A program made the position numbers and the translations under genes. 64,000 nt of DNA from Faecousia sp. (lineage in GTDB: Bacteria > Bacillota > Clostridia > Oscillospirales > Oscillospiraceae): assembly GCA_045577435.1 (NCBI GenBank), contig JAZNIL010000061.1, positions 583-64,582 of the forward strand, read 5' to 3'. The notes under the pieces were generated by a model that saw only the letters and a list, made by a program, of their open reading frames with translations, searched no databases and was not told where the DNA came from. Shown here piece after piece: positions 1 through 9,885 of the stretch. How positions within the stretch are numbered: position 1 is the first letter of the stretch; every line of letters begins with the position of its first letter.

Positions 1-806
1 ACCGGAAATGTCTTACCCTCTGCAGCAATTTGCTCCAGATCTTTTTTTCCAAGGCTAATCAGCGCCGATGTGACCCGTTCACGACTGCAATAGCATTTGT
101 AGGCAACATTCGTTGTCTCCAAAAATACCACTCCCAGGTCTCCCAGCACCTGCCCCAGCATATCCTCGGGAGTCATTCCCTGTTCCAGCATGGCGGTCAC
201 AGAACCTGCCCGCTTGATTCCGGACTCCACAGCATCGATGGTCTCATCGGACGCGCCGGGGAGCAGCTGAATCAGATATCCGCCTGCCACCTTCACGCTC
301 TTATCCACGTCCACCAGGACACCCAGGGCACAAGCTGTGGGTGTCTGTTCGCTTGTGGCAAAATAGGATGTCACATCATCGCCAATCTCGCCGGATACCA
401 GGGGCACAGAGCCCACATACGGCTCTTTCATTTGCAGGTCACGGATAACAGTAAGTGTGCCGTCTATACCCACAGTAGCGCCCACATCCAACTTTCCGGG
501 GTATTTTTCAACCAGTGGAACATTCGGCTCCAATACATAGCCCCGCACATTGCCTATGGCATCAGACACACAGACAATCGAACCAATAGGCCCGCCACCC
601 TTGATCTGCATGGTCATGGATCCATTATCCACCTTCTGCATATTTCCCATCATAGAGGCTGCGGTCAGCGCCCTGCCAAAGGCTGCTGTAGCATTTGGCG
701 TTGTACCCTGGATCTGCGCGCCCCGGCGTACAAGCCCAGTGGAGCGGATGGCAACAACCTTCACAAAGCCATCCATGGTCATACCACGAACAATATAATC
801 ACTCAT
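1..806 (-). CDS. hslO: Hsp33 family redox-regulated chaperone (3' end runs off the window)
   Basis: Not in ORF track; manual translation from ATG at 806 gives MSDYIVRGMT...AFGRALTA...GGGPIG...LVSGEIGDD...SEQTP...AGGYLIQLLPG...YKCYCSRERV (CxC zinc motif); ATGA overlap with the upstream gene. Confidence 0.93.
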   Translation of the reverse strand, partial: MSDYIVRGMTMDGFVKVVAIRSTGLVRRGAQIQGTTPNATAAFGRALTAASMMGNMQKVDNGSMTMQIKGGGPIGSIVCVSDAIGNVRGYVLEPNVPLVEKYPGKLDVGATVGIDGTLTVIRDLQMKEPYVGSVPLVSGEIGDDVTSYFATSEQTPTACALGVLVDVDKSVKVAGGYLIQLLPGASDETIDAVESGIKRAGSVTAMLEQGMTPEDMLGQVLGDLGVVFLETTNVAYKCYCSRERVTSALISLGKKDLEQIAAEGKTFP

Positions 807-1552
807 TTGATTTTTCCCTTTCTTGCCTTGAAGTAGATCCGCTGTTCCTCCGGTGAGGGGGCAGTGAGCACCCTGTCGGCAAAGACCTCAATAGAGGTAA
901 ATCCCGCTTCCTTTAAAAAGCCGGTGAGCTGCTGTTGGGAATAGGCATACTCCCTGTGTTCCTCATAGCTTCGCTTCCACAGGTCTCCCTGCCGCTGGAA
1001 CAGATCCATCCAATAGGTACATATATTGGTCTGCGGGTCAAACTCACCCCGCCACACACAATAAACCTCCTCGTCCTCATCCAAAAAGATCTGGTCATCC
1101 ATTGCACGGAGTTTCTGCGGAGTATTCACATCAAAAATGAAACAGCCCCCCGGATTAAGCGCCTTATAAACACGGCGGATAGCTTCGGCACAATCTGCCG
1201 GCTCTAAAATATAATCCAGGCTGTCCAGGGCGCATACCGCCAGGTCCACACCCCGGCTCAAACGCAGCTGCTGCAGTTGTTGGCACAAAAAAACAGGCCG
1301 GTTTTCCATGGACTGGGCCTTTTGGTCAGCCACACAGAGCATATCTTCCGACATATCTACCGCGGTGACCTGCATTCCCTCTCGGGCCAGAATCAATGCC
1401 ACAGAGCCTGTACCACACGCCAAATCCACAGCGGTACGAGGACTCAGCTTTTCCCGCGCCAAAATCTGCCGGTAGAACGCTACCATAGCCTCATAATCCA
1501 CATCATTGGTCAGCCTGTCATAACTGAAGGCTAAATCACGATACGCTTGCAT
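803..1552 (-). CDS. Class I SAM-dependent methyltransferase
   Basis: VDLACGTG motif I, VDMSEDML, LNPGGCFIFD; ATG at 1552 follows a GGAGG RBS. Confidence 0.88.
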   Translation of the reverse strand: MQAYRDLAFSYDRLTNDVDYEAMVAFYRQILAREKLSPRTAVDLACGTGSVALILAREGMQVTAVDMSEDMLCVADQKAQSMENRPVFLCQQLQQLRLSRGVDLAVCALDSLDYILEPADCAEAIRRVYKALNPGGCFIFDVNTPQKLRAMDDQIFLDEDEEVYCVWRGEFDPQTNICTYWMDLFQRQGDLWKRSYEEHREYAYSQQQLTGFLKEAGFTSIEVFADRVLTAPSPEEQRIYFKARKGKIK

Positions 1553-1575
1553 AATACCCTCCACGCAACACAAAA

Positions 1576-1602
1576 GCATCCCGGACAGGAAGTCCGGGAT
1601 GC
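1576..1602 (-). terminator. Intrinsic terminator after ftsZ
   Basis: GCATCCCGGAC-5nt-GTCCGGGATGC perfect stem followed by TTTTG on the minus strand. Confidence 0.75.
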
Positions 1603-1614
1603 CGTCTGGTCATG

Positions 1615-2661
1615 TTAGCGGTTAAAGATGCTGAAGATGTCGTCGATCTCGCTCAGGTCAGCGGATCTACCTGCACGCTCAGGCTTCTTCTCTTCCACTT
1701 CTTCTGACTTCTGCTCAAAGCCGGTAGCGATGACGGTTACACGCATCTCATCCTCAAACTCATCGGAAACAGTTGCGCCGAAGATAATGTTTGCTTCGGG
1801 ATTTGCAGCTTCCTGCACAATACCTGCAGCAGTCTCCACATCATCCAGGGTCAGTTCGGAAGAACCAGTCACGTTCACCAGAACGCCGGTAGCGCCGTTG
1901 ATAGAGGTCTCCAGCAGGGGACTTGCCACAGCGGCCAGCGCAGCCTGCTCCGCCTTCTCCCGGCCGGAAGCGGTGCCCACACCCATGTGCGCGCGACCCG
2001 CATTCTTCATAACAGCGGAAACGTCAGCAAAGTCCAGGTTAATAATCACATTCTCAGAGAAGCCAACCAGTTCGGAAATAGAGGTAACTGCCTGCTTCAG
2101 CACATCATCTGCAATGCCGAATGCGTTGGCAAAGGTGATCTTCTGATCTGTGACGTACTTCAGACGGTCGTTGGGAATGATAATCAGAGAGTCTACCTTC
2201 TCAGACAGAGCCGCAATGCCTGCGTCCGCCTGACGCATACGGTTGGCACCTTCAAACTTGAAGGGCTTGGTAACCACGCCAACGGTCAGAATACCAGCCT
2301 CGCGGGCCAGGTCAGCAACAATGGGAGCCGCCCCTGTACCGGTGCCGCCGCCCATACCGGCGGTGATGAAGACCATGTCGGTGCCTTCCAGGATCTTCGC
2401 AATCTGCGCTCTGGATTCCTCCGCGGACTTCTGGCCGATCTCGGGCTTGGAGCCGGCGCCCATGCCGCCAGTGAGCTTTTCACCGATTTGCACCTTGTTC
2501 TTGCAGATGGACTTGTTCAGGTCCTGCTTATCTGTATTGATAACAACAAAGTCAACGCCGCCTACGTTGCCTTCGATCATTCTGTTAATAACATTGTTGC
2601 CGGCGCCGCCGACACCAATCACCTTGATTTTAACAACTCTTTCGGGGTAAATTTCAGCCAT
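1615..2661 (-). CDS. ftsZ: Cell division GTPase FtsZ
   Basis: GVGGAGNN, GGGTGTG tubulin signature, NLDFAD T7 loop. Confidence 0.98.
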   Translation of the reverse strand: MAEIYPERVVKIKVIGVGGAGNNVINRMIEGNVGGVDFVVINTDKQDLNKSICKNKVQIGEKLTGGMGAGSKPEIGQKSAEESRAQIAKILEGTDMVFITAGMGGGTGTGAAPIVADLAREAGILTVGVVTKPFKFEGANRMRQADAGIAALSEKVDSLIIIPNDRLKYVTDQKITFANAFGIADDVLKQAVTSISELVGFSENVIINLDFADVSAVMKNAGRAHMGVGTASGREKAEQAALAAVASPLLETSINGATGVLVNVTGSSELTLDDVETAAGIVQEAANPEANIIFGATVSDEFEDEMRVTVIATGFEQKSEEVEEKKPERAGRSADLSEIDDIFSIFNR

Positions 2662-2733
2662 GACGCTTTCCTCCTATGTATGGTTTTGCAGATGGAAAAA
2701 CCAATTCTGCCAATGTTACAATGTTACTTCTAT

Positions 2734-2762
2734 ATTCTATCCCAAAAAACAGATGCGGTCAA
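2734..2762 (-). promoter_or_regulatory. Putative sigA promoter for ftsZ
   Basis: TTGACC-17 nt-TAGAAT in AT-rich intergenic DNA. Confidence 0.65.
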
Positions 2763-2808
2763 TAGAAATTCTCATTTTTTCGTCAAAGAATTTTGTAAAT
2801 TATTGTAA

Positions 2809-3735
2809 TTAGAAGGGAGTATATCCAACTTCCTCCGGCCATCTGGTAAAGCTCACGTCCAAAATACCGCTTTGATACTGGCCCATTTGCGCAACCGCAG
2901 CCTTCATAGATCTGATTTTATAATCCAGGCGGCTGTCATCACCCAGCAGCACCTGATAGTGCTGACCGTACCAAAGTTCCATATTGGTAATATCTGATAC
3001 ATTTACACTGGTTACAGCACCCATAATGCCGTTCATCTCCAGCTGGTGCAAAATAGTCAGAACCCGCTCAAGTTTCTGCCTCCCGGTAACCAGCGGCAGG
3101 CCGGGAATATCTGACTGAGGTTCCGTCTGCCCGGAGTCTTCCGTTGGAGAGGTAGTTTCCGCTTCTTCCTCGTATGCCTGCACCTGCTGGCCCACCTCCG
3201 GAAGCTGCATCTGTACTCCCAGAATCCGGGTGTAGGCTCTGGCAGCAGCAGAATTGGTTTTTTCTACAACTTTACCATCCGCGCTCATCAACCACCAGGA
3301 TGTGTCCTCCGCCTCCACAGCATACACCACATCCAACTCTATAACCTCAATATTGACCGCATTGGGAAGTTTTATTCCTACCCGGACATCGTCTACATAA
3401 GCAAGATTGGTTTTGATCCGACCGGCGATTGCAGCCCTGCTTAATGTCAGCAGATTATCCCCCGGCTGAATACCTGAAGCTTCTTTCACATCCCAGGCAG
3501 TATATTTGTTCACCCCGGAAACATAGACATTTTCCACCTTAAAGAAGATAGACATGCCCAGAATCACGGCCAGAACCACTGCCAAAACCGTCACAAGATG
3601 CAAAAGAAAACGCCTGCGGTTAAAGGGTTTTGGCGGTGTGTATACAATATCAGCATTGCCCCTGCCCGGCCGTCTGCCGGAACGGCTTTTACGACTGCGG
3701 ACAGCGTCCGGGGCTCTGTTGTGTTTTGTCTGCAT
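2809..3735 (-). CDS. divIB: Cell division protein FtsQ/DivIB (POTRA domain)
   Basis: Basic N-tail, single TM, POTRA-like FFKVENVYVSG...IKLPNAVNIEV, position between murG and ftsZ; start set at the ATG after AGGAG. Confidence 0.85.
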   Translation of the reverse strand: MQTKHNRAPDAVRSRKSRSGRRPGRGNADIVYTPPKPFNRRRFLLHLVTVLAVVLAVILGMSIFFKVENVYVSGVNKYTAWDVKEASGIQPGDNLLTLSRAAIAGRIKTNLAYVDDVRVGIKLPNAVNIEVIELDVVYAVEAEDTSWWLMSADGKVVEKTNSAAARAYTRILGVQMQLPEVGQQVQAYEEEAETTSPTEDSGQTEPQSDIPGLPLVTGRQKLERVLTILHQLEMNGIMGAVTSVNVSDITNMELWYGQHYQVLLGDDSRLDYKIRSMKAAVAQMGQYQSGILDVSFTRWPEEVGYTPF

Positions 3736-3746
3736 TGTGTTCTCCT

Positions 3747-4883
3747 TTAATTTCCGTTCTTTCTCTTTGCCAGCGTGTGCATAATTGAACACAACCGCTC
3801 CGCACTGTCCGGAACAGCCATACCCCGCAAGGCATTTTCCATGGAGGCATAGCGCCCGGCATCCCCCAGCAACCCCTTTACTTCTTCCATCAGACGTTCC
3901 GCTGTACAATCTGCCTCCAGCAGAAGCACTGCCCCTCCCCTATCCGCCAAGGCACGGGCATTTTTCTCCTGATGGTTATCCGTCACATTTGGCGACGGAA
4001 TCAGAATACAGGGCGTTCCGGAAGCAGCAATTTCATTGCAGCTGGAGGCACCGGCACGGCTGATCACCACATCCGCCGCTGCCATAACCTGCGGCATATT
4101 GTAAAGATACTGCTTCATCTGGATAGAGGTAGTCTTGGATAGATCTACGCCCTGATCCCTTACAAAATCCGGCATCCATTCCCAGCCGTAGCTGCCCACC
4201 GCATGAATGTGCTGGAAAGGAAAGCCCATATCCTGCTCCAACTTAAAAAGCCGGGCTGTTGCTGTATTCATAGCCTTTGCGCCCTGGCTTCCAAAGGCGG
4301 AAACAATCACAGGACGCTTATCAAGACCAAGCTCCTGCCGGGCCTGATTCTTTTGTGTGGTGAGAAACTCCTTGCGCACAGGCATACCCACCACTTCCAC
4401 CTTTTCCGGGTGCCGGTAGTACTTGGCGCTCTCCGGGAAACAGACCAGCACCCGGTCCACACGGTCCGCGATCATCCGGGTAGTCAGACCCGGCATCGCG
4501 TTACTCTCATGTACACAGGTAGGAATCCCCATACGGCTCGCCGTTATCAGCGCGGGAAAGCTGGCATAACCGCCTGTACCCACCACAACATCGGGTTTAA
4601 AATCCCGGATGATCCGCTTGCAGGCGCTCATTGCCTGCAAAACATTGGACACAGATTTCAGGTTATGCTTCAGCGCCTGCAAATTCTTTCCCCGGGACAT
4701 ACCGCTGGCAGGAAGCGTCACAAGCTCAAAGCCCGCCTTTGGTACCAGTTCCTCCTCCATCTTGCCTTTGCCGCCAATGAACAGGATCTTACTGTCCGGG
4801 TAGCGTTCCCGCCAAATATTCGCAACCGCGATGGCAGGATTGATATGTCCGCCCGTTCCACCGCAGGTAAAAATCACATTCAT
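3747..4883 (-). CDS. murG: Lipid II GlcNAc transferase MurG
   Basis: GGTGGHINP, GGYAS, HESN, SRAGAS, HQEKNA. Confidence 0.97.
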   Translation of the reverse strand: MNVIFTCGGTGGHINPAIAVANIWRERYPDSKILFIGGKGKMEEELVPKAGFELVTLPASGMSRGKNLQALKHNLKSVSNVLQAMSACKRIIRDFKPDVVVGTGGYASFPALITASRMGIPTCVHESNAMPGLTTRMIADRVDRVLVCFPESAKYYRHPEKVEVVGMPVRKEFLTTQKNQARQELGLDKRPVIVSAFGSQGAKAMNTATARLFKLEQDMGFPFQHIHAVGSYGWEWMPDFVRDQGVDLSKTTSIQMKQYLYNMPQVMAAADVVISRAGASSCNEIAASGTPCILIPSPNVTDNHQEKNARALADRGGAVLLLEADCTAERLMEEVKGLLGDAGRYASMENALRGMAVPDSAERLCSIMHTLAKRKNGN

Positions 4884-6040
4884 TCCAAATCCTCCTGTAT
4901 ACTGGCGCTGTTTTTCCCCCGGGAGATACTAAGTACAATTCCCATCTCCGCAAGGTTCACCGCCAACGCTGTGCCCCCATAGGAAAAGAATGGGAGCGCG
5001 ATTCCTGTGGATGGGAGCAGATTTGTCACAACGCCCAAGTTCAGCACCGTCTGTACCGCAATGAGGGTGACCAGACCTGCCGCCAAAACCGAACTGAACC
5101 GGCTGTTGGCATGTAGGGCTATGTAATATCCCCGCAAAATCAGCGCCGCAAACAGCCCGATAATTACAAGCGCTCCCACAAGTCCCAATTCTTCACAGAT
5201 AATCGCAAAAATATAATCGTTATACTGAAATGGCAGATATAAGTATTTCTGCCTGCTTTTCCCCAGTCCCAGACCAAACAGTCCACCAGAACCGATTGCG
5301 TACAGAGACTGCAGAATCTGATAACCGGTGTCCGCCGGATCCTGTTCCGGGTGAAGCCATGCGGTGACCCGGTCCCCGGCGTATCCCATAAAACTGATGT
5401 AAACCACAACAAACAGCGCTGCCACAGCGGCGCCGGCAAGCAGCCATTTCGGTGATGTCCCGGCAATGAACATCATCACCACCGCCACCAGCCCCATAAG
5501 CATAATTGCGGATAAGTGCTTTTCCAGAGCCAGAGGGATCAGAATTCCCAACAGTGCGCAGCCAAAACCCAGAACGCCGTAACGAAATTGTTTCACTGAT
5601 CCGCCAAAGCCCTTGGTAAGCCGGGCAAAGAGCACGATCATGGTAAATTTGGCAATTTCCGACGGCTGAAACTGGATGCCCGCAATGTTGATCCAGCGCC
5701 TTGCGCCGTTAACTGACTGTCCAAACAGCAGTACGGAAAGCAGCAGTACAATGCTCACACCATACAGCGGCCAAGCTGTTTTATACCAGAACCCGGCTGG
5801 TATCCGGCTGGTTACCACCATTGCGCATATGCCTATCACCGCGCACAAAGCCTGTTTATAAAAGTATTTTGTGGACTGTGTGTATCCGGTATCATACCGG
5901 CTTTGGGCAGAGCTTGCCGAGTACAACATAGCAAGGCCCACACACAGCACCGTCATAAGCAAACACAAAAATAAAAGGTCAACCCGTTCCCCCGTCCGCA
6001 GACGGCGGTCATCTTTGGTAGGCAGAGGATTCTGCGCCAC
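4880..6040 (-). CDS. ftsW: SEDS family peptidoglycan polymerase FtsW/SpoVE
   Basis: GARRWI, FQPSEIAK, DYIFAIICEELG, LPFFSYGG; multi-TM. Confidence 0.93.
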   Translation of the reverse strand: MAQNPLPTKDDRRLRTGERVDLLFLCLLMTVLCVGLAMLYSASSAQSRYDTGYTQSTKYFYKQALCAVIGICAMVVTSRIPAGFWYKTAWPLYGVSIVLLLSVLLFGQSVNGARRWINIAGIQFQPSEIAKFTMIVLFARLTKGFGGSVKQFRYGVLGFGCALLGILIPLALEKHLSAIMLMGLVAVVMMFIAGTSPKWLLAGAAVAALFVVVYISFMGYAGDRVTAWLHPEQDPADTGYQILQSLYAIGSGGLFGLGLGKSRQKYLYLPFQYNDYIFAIICEELGLVGALVIIGLFAALILRGYYIALHANSRFSSVLAAGLVTLIAVQTVLNLGVVTNLLPSTGIALPFFSYGGTALAVNLAEMGIVLSISRGKNSASIQEDLE

Positions 6041-6058
6041 CGAAAAGCCTCCTTCTTG

Positions 6059-7036
6059 TTAGCCCATATGTCCGGACACGGAGAACCAGGCAATCAGACA
6101 CAACACTACCGATATGCCTGTAAACACAAAAACAATTTTTTCTTCCTTCCAGCCGCACTTTTCAAAGTGGTGATGAATAGGAGCCATTTTGAATAGCCGC
6201 TTGCCGTGAGTCAGTTTAAAGTATCCAACCTGCAAAATCACAGACATGGTTTCCACAAGATACACAAAGCCTACCAGAATCAGCACCAGAGGCATATCCA
6301 GGGCAAAGGCCAGTCCGCACACAATGCCGCCAAGGAACAGCGAGCCGGTATCGCCCATAAAGACCTTTGCCGGGTGCCAGTTATAGAAAAGATAGGCAAC
6401 CAGCCCTCCGATCAGCACAGCAGGCAGCAGCGCCAGATCATATTTGCCCATAACGATGGCCGCAGCGGCAAAAAAGATCAGCACAGGCAGAGTAACGCTG
6501 CCGCAAAGGCCGTCAATTCCGTCTGTAATGTTCACCGCATTGACGCAGCCAACCATCACAAACATGGCAAAAAACACATACACCAGCGGATGGATGTAAA
6601 ACGTGATGTCCAGGAAGGGTACGTAAATGTGGCTGGTCATACTGCCCTCTTTATACAGAAGGTACAGGTAAAGGGCAGACACCGCCATTTGCAGCAGCGC
6701 CTTCTGCAAAGAGGTCAAACCCAGATTTCTCTTAAACTTCAGTTTATAAAAGTCATCCAGAAAGCCCACCAGACCGAAGCAAAGCCCCAGTATCAGCACG
6801 TAAAATACGGTCATTTCCTCCATAGAGGGGATATTAAACAGCAGACACAGCGCCGCGCTGGCAATGAACATCAGGCCGCCCATCATGGGGGTGCCTGTTT
6901 TGCTGTTGTGCCAGATAGGGCCATCCTCCCGGATAGACTGTCCGGCCTTCAGTGCCCGGAGCAGCGGTATTAAAAAATACCCAAATACGCCGGTAATCAC
7001 CAAGGATACTGCGGCTGAGATAAAAATTCGTGTCAT
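6059..7036 (-). CDS. mraY: Phospho-MurNAc-pentapeptide transferase
   Basis: TPMMGG, NAVNITDGIDGL, FMGDTGS, MAPIHHHFE. Confidence 0.97.
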   Translation of the reverse strand: MTRIFISAAVSLVITGVFGYFLIPLLRALKAGQSIREDGPIWHNSKTGTPMMGGLMFIASAALCLLFNIPSMEEMTVFYVLILGLCFGLVGFLDDFYKLKFKRNLGLTSLQKALLQMAVSALYLYLLYKEGSMTSHIYVPFLDITFYIHPLVYVFFAMFVMVGCVNAVNITDGIDGLCGSVTLPVLIFFAAAAIVMGKYDLALLPAVLIGGLVAYLFYNWHPAKVFMGDTGSLFLGGIVCGLAFALDMPLVLILVGFVYLVETMSVILQVGYFKLTHGKRLFKMAPIHHHFEKCGWKEEKIVFVFTGISVVLCLIAWFSVSGHMG

Positions 7037-7051
7037 GGATTGTTCCTCCGA

Positions 7052-8413
7052 TTAGTTCTGTTGCTGTAAAAAGCCCTCTAAAATCAGCTCCATCCGCATT
7101 CCCCGGCTGCCCTTGAACAGCATGACGTCACCGGGCTTGGCCAGCGTTCTGAGCACCTGAATCAGCCGCTGTCTGTCAGTAAATGCCCTTGCCAGATTGG
7201 GGGACATGCCGCCTGTAAGAGCGCCATTAAGTACACGGACGCTGTTAGGGCCATAGGCAAGGAGCACGTCCGCTTTTTCCGCGGCAATTCTGCCGATCCG
7301 GTAGTGCTCTGCCTGGGTACATACACCCAGCTCCAACATATCTCCTAAGACCGCCACATGACGACCCGGTTTATTTCCCAGCACGTTCAGCGCCGCGGCC
7401 ATGGACTCAGGACCGGCATTATAGCAGTCCTTGATAATGGTATATCCGTTTTTCTGGAAAATTTCCTGCCGCCCCTCCATGTTTTGGAACTTAGAAAGAC
7501 TCAGGCGGATATTTTCCGGGGTCACACCCATTTCCAGTCCCACCGCCACAGCCGCCAGGGCATCAGAAACATAGTGGTTTCCCTCAAGCCCAAGCTCCAC
7601 CGGGATCTTGTGCTCACCGCAGGTCACGCTGAACCGAAGAACACCATCCTGTTCAGAAAGTTCGCTGCCAAAAATCTGGCATTTATCATTCTTGTGACCA
7701 AAATAAACGGTTTTATAGTCAGCGGTTTGCTTTTGATTCCACAGGAGGGTATCGTCACCGTTGAGGATCACCGCGCCGGTTTTGTCCATGCCCTCCAGAA
7801 TCTCCAGCTTTGCCTGAAGGATTCCCTCCATAGAGCCGAGGTGTTCAATGTGCATAGTGCCGATGTTGATGATCACCGCCACATCCGGCTTGGCAATATC
7901 CGTAAGGTAAGCAATCTCACGGAAGTGGTTCATACCCATTTCCAGCACGGCAATTTGGGTATTCTCCGGAATGGATAGCACCGCCATGGGCATACCGATA
8001 TCGTTATTGTGGTTAGCAGGTGTTTTAGCAACCCGGTAGGTGCTCTCCAGAACCGCGGCTATCATCTCTTTGGTGGTACTCTTGCCCACAGAGCCTGTTA
8101 CCGCCACCACCTTCATTCCCAGACGCTGCCGCTCACCTGCCGCGATTTTCCCCAAAGCGATGCGGGTATCCTCCACCACAATGGCGGGATAATCTCCATC
8201 ACAGTGGGTGCACAAAATGGCAGCGGCACCCTTTTCCAATGCGGCCGGAACAAAGTCATGGCCGTCCCGGGAGCCTTGCAGTGCCACAAAAAGCTGACCT
8301 TTTTGCAGCTTTCTGGTATCGTTGCCAGCGCCAAAGAATGTCACATCTTTATATTTGGGGTCAATGCTGCCGCCGCACCAAAGCGCAGCCTGCTGCAAAG
8401 TGATTCTTCCCAT
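7052..8413 (-). CDS. murF: UDP-MurNAc-tripeptide D-Ala-D-Ala ligase
   Basis: TGSVGKSTTKE, EMGMNH, DCYNAGPES, LGDMLELG, FKGSRG; start at MGRIT. Confidence 0.95.
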   Translation of the reverse strand: MGRITLQQAALWCGGSIDPKYKDVTFFGAGNDTRKLQKGQLFVALQGSRDGHDFVPAALEKGAAAILCTHCDGDYPAIVVEDTRIALGKIAAGERQRLGMKVVAVTGSVGKSTTKEMIAAVLESTYRVAKTPANHNNDIGMPMAVLSIPENTQIAVLEMGMNHFREIAYLTDIAKPDVAVIINIGTMHIEHLGSMEGILQAKLEILEGMDKTGAVILNGDDTLLWNQKQTADYKTVYFGHKNDKCQIFGSELSEQDGVLRFSVTCGEHKIPVELGLEGNHYVSDALAAVAVGLEMGVTPENIRLSLSKFQNMEGRQEIFQKNGYTIIKDCYNAGPESMAAALNVLGNKPGRHVAVLGDMLELGVCTQAEHYRIGRIAAEKADVLLAYGPNSVRVLNGALTGGMSPNLARAFTDRQRLIQVLRTLAKPGDVMLFKGSRGMRMELILEGFLQQQN

Positions 8414-8417
8414 AAAG

Positions 8418-9866
8418 TTACCTCGTTTTCTCCAGGTGAGCGGCAACCACCTCCCGTTCGTCCAGATGGTGCTTCACGCCGCAGATCTCCTGGTATGTTT
8501 CATGGCCTTTTCCTGCCAGTACAATTATATCATTCTTTTTGGCAATGTCCATAGCATAACAGATGGCTTTGGGACGATTTTCAATAACTTCGTAGTTTTT
8601 CCCTGCTGGATCCACCCCCTTGAGGATATCCCGGATGATGGCCATAGGCTCCTCAGTGCGGGGATTATCGGAAGTGATCACCGCAATATCCGCAATTTCC
8701 GTGCCAATCCTGCCCATAATGGGGCGCTTAATGGGATCCCGGTCGCCGCCGCAGCCAAACACGGCGATGAGCCTGCCTTTGCAGTAACCCTTTACCGAGG
8801 ACAGCACATTTTCAAGACCGTCCGGAGTATGGGCATAGTCAATGAGGACGGTATAGTCCTTCCCTGGTGTAGGAACTACCTCCACACGGCCCTTGACGCC
8901 CTTGGCGTTTGCCAATGCCTTCGCCCCGTCGGAAAGGCTTACATCCAGCAGCATAGCCATACCCAATACGGTGAGAGCATTGTACACCGTAAATTTTCCG
9001 GGGATCGGCAGCGTTACAGTTTCCTGCTGATCCCCCGCAACGGCAGTGAAGGACACACCGTCAGACAAAAGCTGCACATCCTTGGCATACAAGTCTCCGG
9101 TTTCCTTTGCGGAAAGCTCCATCACAGGGCAACGAGACTTTGTTACCATTCTTTTAAACCAGGCATCGTCCCGGTTGCCGCAGGCCTTGCGGCAGCGGGC
9201 AAACAGCTCTGCCTTGGTATCGCAGTAGTCTTCCATGGTCTTGTGGAAATACAGATGGTCTACCGTCAAATTGGTAAACGCCGCCACCTCATAGGTAATT
9301 CCCGCAACCCGGTCCAGCGCAATGGCGTGGGAGGACACCTCCATAATCACATGGGTACAGCCTGCCTGATACATCTGTGCCAGCAGGGCCTGCAGTTCAA
9401 AGCTCTCCGGGGTGGTGCGTTCCGTGGGGATACGCAGATCACCGATCATGTTCTCCATGGTGCCCATCAGGCCCACCTTGGCTCCCAGCACGGTCTCCAG
9501 CACGTGCTTGAGCAGCAGTGTGGAGGAAGTCTTGCCGTTGGTGCCGGTCACACCGATCAGCTTCATCTTCCCGGCGGGGTCTCCAAAGAAATTCCTGCCC
9601 AGCAGCGCCAGGGCAAGACGGTCAGATTCCACCAGCACATGGGGCACCTCCTCTGTCTGCCTGACAGCAGTAACCACCGCCACAGCGCCCTTGGCAAGGG
9701 CCATGGGGATGAAACGGTTTCCATCTGCGGCAAAACCGGTAATAGCTACAAACAGACAGCCCGGCTCTGCCTTTCTGGAATCATAGACCACAGAGGTGAT
9801 CTCTGTTTCCGGATCTACGTGCATCTCGATGACAGAAATATCTTTGAGTAACTCTTTCAGTTTCAT
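8418..9866 (-). CDS. murE: UDP-MurNAc-L-Ala-D-Glu:meso-DAP ligase
   Basis: TGTNGKT, MEVSSH, DYAHTPD, GCGGDRD, DNPR (meso-DAP specificity), AGKGHE. Confidence 0.96.
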   Translation of the reverse strand: MKLKELLKDISVIEMHVDPETEITSVVYDSRKAEPGCLFVAITGFAADGNRFIPMALAKGAVAVVTAVRQTEEVPHVLVESDRLALALLGRNFFGDPAGKMKLIGVTGTNGKTSSTLLLKHVLETVLGAKVGLMGTMENMIGDLRIPTERTTPESFELQALLAQMYQAGCTHVIMEVSSHAIALDRVAGITYEVAAFTNLTVDHLYFHKTMEDYCDTKAELFARCRKACGNRDDAWFKRMVTKSRCPVMELSAKETGDLYAKDVQLLSDGVSFTAVAGDQQETVTLPIPGKFTVYNALTVLGMAMLLDVSLSDGAKALANAKGVKGRVEVVPTPGKDYTVLIDYAHTPDGLENVLSSVKGYCKGRLIAVFGCGGDRDPIKRPIMGRIGTEIADIAVITSDNPRTEEPMAIIRDILKGVDPAGKNYEVIENRPKAICYAMDIAKKNDIIVLAGKGHETYQEICGVKHHLDEREVVAAHLEKTR

Positions 9867-9885
9867 AGTATGCTCCTTTTCCCGC

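Noticed and set aside
30-836. 268 aa plus-strand ORF
   Set aside because: Antisense shadow of hslO, which is clearly encoded on the minus strand.
8322-9851. 509 aa plus-strand ORF
   Set aside because: Antisense shadow of murE; no motifs; typical by-product of codon bias.
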